NCBI GenBank assembly: GCA_963628375.1
Contig: CAVGFB010000157.1
Span: 1 to 30,581, forward strand
Direction: 5' to 3'
DNA: 30,581 nt
DNA from: Oscillospiraceae bacterium
GTDB lineage: Bacteria; Actinomycetota; Coriobacteriia; Coriobacteriales; Eggerthellaceae
The notes beneath the pieces were generated by a model. It made no database searches, was not told where the DNA came from, and saw only the letters and a program-made list of their open reading frames with translations. Position 1 is the stretch's first letter. Each line of letters opens with the position of its first letter. Both the position numbers and the translations under genes were made by a program. Below, piece by piece: positions 22,998 to 30,581 of the stretch.

Positions 22998-24270
22998 TTG
23001 TGCCTCCAACTAAGATGTTTAAAATCTCTTCGTCCGTATAATAGCGTGCTGTTGTATAGGTTCTAAGCTTATTGCTGCTTGTAATAACAGGCATAGATTT
23101 ACATAAAGGATTGTTCATATACATTAATGGACAAATATAACTAAGTATTACACCTGCGTTCTTAAGTTTTTCGTAATAATCATTACTTTTTTTGAACTCG
23201 TTTATTACATCTGGACTTGCAGTAAACACTGTTTTTATTGAAACTTTGTTTTTGTTATTCTTTTTAAGACCCTCTGTTATTTTTTCTGTTCATTTTTGTA
23301 ATTGATTTAAACTCATATGAGGACAACCTAAAAAACAAAGTTTTGGTTTTGCGTTTTTTTTCTTTCAAATAACAGGATAATTTTTATACGTGTATTCTAA
23401 GAGTTCATCGTCAACAATAAGTGTTTTGTGCTCGTACTTTATAAGATCCCTTCCAAGTTTTTTTGCTTCTGGGGTGAGGTTGTCAATATGATAAAGCCCC
23501 ACTGCTCCATTACTTGCACACGCTGCTCCAAAGTCTTTTAAATATGTACATGTTTCATCGTTTAACTCATCTCCAATTCATTTATTTAAGCCTGTTATAT
23601 ATGGAACTTCGTCTGTAACAGCCATACCAATCGCACTTCCTAAAAGCTGAGCTTCAGGTTTTTTTGTTGTTCTAATCTCAACATGTCATGTTGCACGTCT
23701 GCCTTCATCTTTTAATAGTCCAAAATAAGGGACATATCCTAAAATCGACCCCATAAGATCAATAATTCCACTGTTTCTATTACATCTAGCACCTAATACA
23801 GAATTTGCATAAACAACAGCGCTACTCTCTGCTCAGCTCAAAATATCACCATATTTAGGAGTGTTTCCTACGTCGCTTAAATAACAAGTACATGTAAATG
23901 CGTCTTTGTTCTTTAGTCCAAAGCGATTTAGCGTGTCTTCATACTCATCTTGTAAGTTGTACATAAATTTCTTAAATATCAATTTTTGTAGTAGATTAGC
24001 AGGAACTTTTGGATCATAAGGGCGTGGATCAACACTAAATTTTTGTTTTGAAATTTCACCCGAATCTAAAATTTTACCTAGTAAATCATATACAGGCTTC
24101 ATTACTTTCATTCCAAATGACGTAACAAGATGGTTATATTTTGACGTTATAGGAACCATTTTTTCTGCACCAAAAAGCTCACCATAACGAACACAAGTCT
24201 CCATGACTTTTGCCATTACTTCCCCTTGTTTGCCATTTAGGATATCGGTTTGTTCTTTAGTTAAATTCAT
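22987..24270 (-). CDS. Aconitase X catalytic (Fe-S) subunit, DUF521, 427 aa under table 4
   Basis: TCTCY, LS-W(TGA 23833)-AESSAVVYANSVLGARCNR, GAVGLYHI, LGCPH and ITSSNK motifs. 5 TGA. Confidence 0.88.
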
Positions 24271-24288
24271 CTTAATACCTTTTATATT

Positions 24289-26352
24289 TTATATTTTCAT
24301 TGCAAGTCTATATGCGTCTCAAATTACTGTTCTTAAATTTCCGACTTTTTTACAATCACCGATTACATAAGTGTTCTTTCCAAGAGTAAATAACGGATTT
24401 GGAACATATCCCATAGAAGTTATAACAGCAGAACACATTATTTTATTTGCTTTATCGTTAATGTTTGTGTATATAACAGAATCGTCCCTAATTTCTCTAA
24501 GCTTACATTCCAAGTGAACTTTAATATCATTAAGCTTAAATCACTCCCTTAAATAAGAACTATTAGCAAGACAAACTCCTGTTTGTTTAATTAAATCATC
24601 CTCTGCTTCAATTATTTCTACATGTTTACCCTGCATAGCAAGCTCGTAGGCAATTTCACACCCTGTAATCCCTCCACCAACAATAACTACACGTTTTCCG
24701 ATTTTAGGGTTTTCTAATAAAAATTTACTAGCTTCTATGCCTTTTTGAAATCCTGGTATGTCTGGATAATATGTAGGTTTAGCTCCTGTAGCTACAACAA
24801 TTGGTTCGCCCTTAAAGTTTTTAGCATCAGTTTGTTTAATTTCACGTTTTAGTTTTACTTTAATATCGTTATCTTTAATTTGTTTTTTGTATCACTCAAG
24901 TAAATCACGTAAGGGCTGTTTGTAGCTTTCTTTACTAGCTGCTACAAAAACTCCACCTAAATAATTATTTTTTTCATAAATTATAGGATTGTGTCCTTTT
25001 TGTTTTAATCTTAAGGCTGCCTCCATTCCTGCAATTCCTCCACCAATAATATGAATACGACGAGACTCTTTAGTGGGAATAATAAAATGCCTGTCTCATT
25101 GCATAGTCTCAGCATTTACAGCACAACGCGCTAAGTGAAGGCTATCGCTTAGCTTTTGATCGTTTGGAACACCTTTGTAACTGCACATGTTAAAACATCC
25201 ATTGTGACACAAAATACAAGGTTTTATATCTTCTTTTCTGCCTTCAATTAGCTTAGTAATTCATGCTTGGTCGCTCAAGAAATTTCTAGCAAAACCTGCA
25301 GCTGTAATTTTGCCCTCTTTTATACTTTTGCTTGCTTCTTCAACATTTATTCTACCAGCACAAACTATTGGTTTTTTTGTATACCTACTAATGTCTTGTG
25401 CTTCTTTCAAATTACAATTCTCAGGCATATAAATTGGAGGATGAGACCAATACCATGCATCATATGTACCATTATCACAATTAAACATGTCATATCCTGC
25501 ATCATCTAAAAGTTTTATTGCTTTTATGGATTCGTTAAAGTCTCTACCTGCTTCTTTATAATCTTCACCCGGCAAGGCTCCAGATCTAAAGCCTTTAGTT
25601 TTACTCTCAACACTATATCTTAAAGACACAGGAAAGTCGTCCCCACATGCCTTTTTTATTTCTTGCACTATTTCTGTTGCAAATCTGTATTTATTTTCAA
25701 GTGAACCACCGTATTTATCAGTTCTTTTGTTTACATAATCAAGAGTAAATTGATCAAGCAAATAACCCTCATGAACGGCATGAACTTCAACTCCGTCTAC
25801 TCCAGCATCCATAAGTAGTTTTGAAGTCTTACCAAAAGCGTCAACATATTCTTTTATTTCTTTAACAGTTAACTCTCTAGAAGGTACCTTGTCAGACCAT
25901 CTGTTAGGAGCAGGAGAAGCACTTGCTGTAATCTTGTCTAAGTCCATTACTGGCTTTGAAAGTTTGCGTAATACCTTGTTAGTGTAGAGCTTTTCCATCA
26001 TGGGGCTTATAGTAAAACTTCTACCAAAACCTGCAGTCAACTGAATAAAAATTTTAGCTCCTGTTTTATGAAATTCTTCTAACCAAACCTCAAGATCTTT
26101 ATACATTTTTTTATTTTTATACAATCATGAACCAAACATTGGGTTTCATACTGGTTGACACCCCGGTAATACAAGACCACAATCGTGTTTTGCTACCTCA
26201 TATATAAACATAGCACCTCATTTATCAAAATGATGATGCTCCATTCATCCAAACAGGTTAGTTCCGCCCATACTTGTCATTACAAAACGATTTTTTATTT
26301 GGACTTTCCCAATTTTTCATGGTGTTAGTAGTGGTTCTAAGACTTTATCCAT
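24289..26352 (-). CDS. Old-yellow-enzyme/2-enoate reductase family NADH:flavin oxidoreductase (FMN, Fe-S, FAD), 687 aa under table 4
   Basis: KNRFVM, DGVEVHAVHEGYLLDQF, NKRTDKYGGS, PCILCHNGC Fe-S motif, two Rossmann motifs (IIGGGIAG, IVGGGITG). GGAG RBS. 10 TGA. Confidence 0.92.
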
Positions 26353-26387
26353 GTGACTCCTATGAATTTAAATTTTATTAGTTTATG

Positions 26388-26396
26388 ATTATAACA
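26388..26396 (-). promoter_or_regulatory. Extended -10 promoter of the OYE-AcnX operon
   Basis: TGTTATAAT 35 nt upstream of the ATG. Confidence 0.5.
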
Positions 26397-26500
26397 AAAT
26401 TTTTAAAGTGAATTTTTGTTTTAAAATTTAGTGCTTCTTCTAACTTTTACATATTAAAGTTATTTGATACGTGCACTATTATATTAACTGTTATTAAAAC

Positions 26501-26555
26501 AAAACTCCCACTTCTAAATCTTTCAAAAATGGGAGTTTTATATTTTTAATTATAT
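26501..26555 (-). terminator. Terminator hairpin after the surface-protein gene; copy 1 of a 55-bp direct repeat
   Basis: AAAACTCCCA...TGGGAGTTTT inverted repeat. On the minus strand the stem extends by G-U pairs and is followed by a T run. Confidence 0.85.
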
Positions 26556-26565
26556 GTTTTACACT

Positions 26566-29500
26566 CTACACAAAAGGAAGCTTTAGACTATTGAAAAAAG
26601 CTGTAATACTGCTCGTAAAATTCAACAACACATTTAAAACAGGTTCTGCTTCCTCATCTTTAGTATCAGTTTGCTGAGTGTCTGTTTTACTTGCTGTTTT
26701 ATCTATCGCTTTGTCTTTTGTATCTGCTTTTGTACTGCTTGATTTGTCTTGTTGAGTGTCAGGTATTAAACTATCAACGTTTTCTGAGTTTTTGCTTGCT
26801 GACTTATTGTCAACTTTTTGATTTGTATTTGTATCACTAGTTAAAAGTTTTTCATTAGAAGCTGATGTTAAACTTTGTGGAGTATCGTAATAAGTTACCG
26901 GTTGAGTTCTGGCAACTATCCCCATTCCGCAGTTTGTGTATGTGTTGCCATGTTCGTCGTATCATGTTGCGTTTTTCGTATTGCTACTATTAGATAGATA
27001 CGCTCCTGAACTGGTCAAGTCTTTATTTCAACCTTCTCCTAATTTGATTTTTTTTAGTCTAAATAGGTCTAGCATTCTATTATGGTTTGTTACCTGACTT
27101 GTATTAAAACTAGATAAATCTAATTCATATGAATAATTATTAGCGTAGTTTCCATAACCGACGAACATTTTTTCCATAGTTTTTACATTTGAGGTAGTTC
27201 ATTTTGATACATCTGGTACATCAACGAGTACTTTTGAGTAACAACCATAACAATCAAACATACTTTTAGTAGTTGTTAAGCTTGAAGTGTTTCATTTAGA
27301 AACATCAGGAACTACACTTGATGAAATTCTTTCTCCATAGGCACCAAACAGCTGCTCCATATTTTCAACTTTAGAGACATTTCATTTAGAAACATCAGGA
27401 ACTTTATCTAAATTCTCTGATGACGCACCATAAAATCAAAACAAATAAGACATATTAGTTACCTTAGAAGTGTTTCAATTAGAGACATTAGGGACAGAAT
27501 TGAAAGATGTTTTTCTTCGTGCAAAACTTTTAAACATAGAATCCATGTTTGTTACTTGTGAAGTGTCTAGATATTCAAAACCTGAGATATCTGACACATT
27601 CATGAAATTATTAAACATAAAGGCAGTACTTGTAAGTCCACTATAGTTTTTAAAACTTTCATTAATTGCAACATTTGTAGTTGTGCTTCTAACTCCGTCT
27701 CATTTTCAATTACTAGCTTGTGTAGCAGCTGTAGGAATTTCATATACCGTATGCCCTTCTGCAGTATGTGAAGCTTTCTGGTAGTCATAAGTTAAAGTAA
27801 GAGAAGTTCCGCTCAAGTATGCATAGGCATCAGGTGGTAAATAATCATAATATGTTACAACATCAGAAGAAAGCCCTGTTCCTACAGGTAAAGTTTGAGA
27901 TGTGTACGTAGTTTTTCCTTGATCGTATCATGTTTTATCAGTTTCTCCAGATGAATTAGTAAGCCCAATAGAACCTAAATTTAATGTAAATGTTTTTGAA
28001 ATTTTAATAGATTTTAACTTTATTCCACTTAATGCTAACAAATAATCACCTACGTTTGTTATGTTGGTTGTATTAAAAGTAGACAAGTTTAAACATTCAA
28101 AGCTTTTATTTTGACCATAACCTGCAAATATGCTTGCAATATTAGTAAGAGATGACGTGTCTCATTTTGACACATCAGGAACAGAACTTAAAGTTTGAGA
28201 GCTATAACCATAACCACTAAACATGCCTGTCATTTTTGTTACGTTTTTTGTTGTTCAGTCTTCTACATTAGGTACTATATTTAAATCTTCAACTTGATAA
28301 CCATAATTAGTAAACATGTATGACATGTCTGTAACGTTAGTTGTATTTAAGTTTTCAAAACCTTCATGGCTTACCACCTTTTGAAAATCATAAAACATAT
28401 AAGCGGTACTCCTTAGCTCATTATAGTTTTTAAAGCCAGTATCTATCTTAACCTTGGTAAAAGATGTTCTATCTTCTGTACCTCATCATTCACTCGCTTT
28501 AGTAGCAGCTGTAGGAAGTTCATATACAATATCATGTGAAGATTTTTTTGTATCATATATAAGCACAAGAGATGTTACACCACTTTCGCTTGTGTCTTTA
28601 TAACCATAAGCTTCTGCAAACTCTGCTTTGTTGTTGGAACTTTTACCTGTATATTTCCCGTCTGTATCATAAGCCTTACAGAAAATTTCAGCCCCTAAAT
28701 CTTCTTGTGTAACTGTGTAGGTGTCTCCTTCTGTTAACTGTTGTGTTTCACCTGATAACGTTCTATACCAAGTAAATTTTACTGTTACCCCTTCAGGTAC
28801 GTTTGTAGCAGTAGGTTTTAATGTATCGCCTGTTTTTACAATAATATTAGTGTCGCTCTCGTTTATTTTTACAACCATATCGTCCGGAAACACTTTATAA
28901 ACAAAAACTTCTTTGCTTGAGACGTCTGATACGTAAAGACCTGTTGAATCACTTACTTTTACTATAATTTTATATCCTACATCTGAATCGGTTACTGTAT
29001 AGTTGTCGCCTTCTGCTATAGAAGTTTCCTCACCTTTACTGTCTACTCTATATCAAGTGTATTTTGCAGTTGCATCTTTAGGGAAGTTAGATAAATTAAT
29101 TCCTAAATTATCACCTGCCACAATCTCTTTTCCTTCTTGAGGTAGCTTGATTGAAATTGTTGTATCTGTAGGGAATGTTTTATGAACTAAAACAGGATCG
29201 CTTTCTATATAAGAATAATAATTACCTAGCTCATCATATACCTTCAAAATGAGGTCATTACCAGCGTCATCATTAGTTACTGTGTAGTTTTTTTCTTCTC
29301 CTACTAAAGTTTGTTTTCCTTCTGTGTCAACTCTATATCATTGATATTTTGCAACTGCATCAGAAGGAAATTTATCTAATTCGCAACTCAAACTATCACC
29401 TGGTACAATATCTTCTGCTGCTTTTGTTGGTTTAATATTAACTGTCGCATCTACAAAAGTTTTATAAACAAAATTTTTCTCGCTTACAACTTCTGTTGTA

Positions 29501-30435
29501 TACGTACTTGTAGAGTCTGAAACTTTAACTATAATATTAAACGCTTCATCTCCTGATGTCACAGTATATTTTTCACCTTCACTAAGTAAAGTTTCATTTC
29601 CATCTTTATCAACCTTGTATCATTTAACGTTAACAGTTGCATCACTAGGAAAATTAGATAATTTAACACTTAATACATCACCTGCAAATACGCCATTTGG
29701 ATTAGGTTTAACAACTTCAACTTTGGTATCGCTTGGGAAAGCTCGTTCTTTATTAATTTCAATTTTATAAAAGCTTTCAATTTCAGAATTATTTTTCGCC
29801 TTCTCGATTAATGAAGCTGGCATAACGTCACAATTAAGTTTACCTTCATAAGAAGAATTACTTGAAACTTCTGTGCCTATTGCATCAGAAAAGAAAGACT
29901 TATATTCTTCATCGGTTGTAATATTTTCAATCTTTAAAGTATACTTTGTACTATTTACAATTTCAAACTTATTGTCTAAGATTGTTCCTGATTCGTCAAA
30001 TTTCAAATAAGAAGAAGTTTCAATACCTTCTGTTTCAGATTTGCCGTTGTCAGCTGCATTAGCAACAATTGTTTTTGTACCATAAACTCCAAAAGACACA
30101 ACTAAACATAGAGCAAAAATGCTTAAAGTTTTATTTTTTATTTTGCCTGTTTTGTACAAATATACAAGAAGCGCAATAAGACCAACTGCAAAAATTCCCA
30201 ATATTATCGGAAAAAAGTTAAACGCTCCAGTTGATGATGACGTGCTAGCATCAATTACTACACTGTCCCCACTTCCACTAGATACAAGCTCTAATGTAAG
30301 GCTTCCTGTAATGCTTTCACTCGTTGCAAATGCGTGCATAGGCAACATAACGCCACAGCACATGAATGCAAAAATAAAAACTCCTAAAACTTTTGCTATA
30401 TTGTTCTTTAATAAATTCCCGATTTTACTTTTCAT
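26566..30435 (-). CDS. Large BspA/DUF285-type leucine-rich-repeat surface protein with four Ig-like repeats, 1289 aa under table 4
   Basis: Single frame with 17 TGA, AGGAGG RBS and TAG stop. Signal peptide, four ~95-aa repeats, two modules of VPDVSK-W-NTSxVTNMxxMF repeats, and a D/K/T/S-rich tail. Confidence 0.9.
28620..29739 (-). repeat. Four diverged tandem ~94-95-aa Ig-like repeats
   Basis: Approximate consensus FP...GD.L....FP.DA....WY.V.....YTVT..D.G. The Trp codons lie at 29620, 29338, 29053 and 28768 (spacing 282/285/285 nt). Confidence 0.85.
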
Positions 30436-30474
30436 AATTCCTCCTTTTTAAAATTTAAATTTTGGATTCTGCGT

Positions 30475-30502
30475 ATTATACTCTCTCTCTCTCTCTCTCT
30501 CT
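30475..30502 (-). promoter_or_regulatory. -10 box (TATAAT) immediately preceded by an (AG)11 microsatellite
   Basis: (CT)11 at 30481-30502 on the + strand. TATAAT at 30475-30480 on the minus strand, 39 nt upstream of the surface-protein ATG. Confidence 0.75.
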
Positions 30503-30526
30503 ATTTTTTTAAAATCACTTTTAGTA

Positions 30527-30581
30527 AAAACTCCCACTTCTAAATCTTTCAAAAATGGGAGTTTTATATTTTTAATTATAT
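30527..30581 (-). repeat. Copy 2 of the 55-bp terminator direct repeat (runs to the window end)
   Basis: Identical to 26501-26555. Confidence 0.92.

Noticed and set aside
27190..27490. ~90-bp periodic repeats (e.g. TTTCATTTAGAAACATCAGGAACT) as a CRISPR array or DGR template/variable pair
   Set aside because: They are in-frame coding LRR repeats (VPDVSKW), degenerate between copies, and no cas or reverse transcriptase gene is in the window.
2075..30435. Mass pseudogenisation or poor sequence quality as the cause of the fragmented ORFs
   Set aside because: The breaks are almost all TGA, preserve frame, fall at Trp positions and affect core genes such as uvrA. Random decay would give TAA/TAG stops and many frameshifts.
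2075..30435. UGA = Gly (table 25) or selenocysteine
   Set aside because: Conserved motifs require Trp, TGA alternates with TGG in internal repeats, and the TGAs are far too numerous and not at catalytic Cys positions.

Overview
AT-rich (roughly 30% GC by eye) bacterial chromosomal segment that does not use the standard genetic code. About 85 in-frame TGA codons (manual count) interrupt 18 of 21 genes. Many fall at family-conserved tryptophans, and every complete gene ends in TAA or TAG, so UGA is read as Trp (table 4). Under table 4 the fragmented ORF track collapses into 21 genes: a P-loop protein (partial), a membrane protein, malQ-glgP, an M16C metallopeptidase, a zinc-ribbon/DUF4013-like membrane protein, fucO, a small xxTGD membrane protein, a MATE + anti-sigma-kinase-like fusion (frameshifted), a hypothetical, uvrA, GtrA, a GT2 glycosyltransferase, a DAG-kinase-family protein, thyX, DUF5685 plus a DnaJ-domain gene, an ene-reductase (OYE) plus two-subunit aconitase X operon, and a 1289-aa BspA/DUF285 surface protein. 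There is also one tRNA-Ser(CGA). The gene content looks like a gut Coriobacteriia (Eggerthellaceae-like) organism rather than a mycoplasma (inference). The surface-protein gene has an (AG)11 tract abutting its -10 box and is bracketed by identical 55-bp terminator repeats, suggesting a phase-variable tandem adhesin locus.
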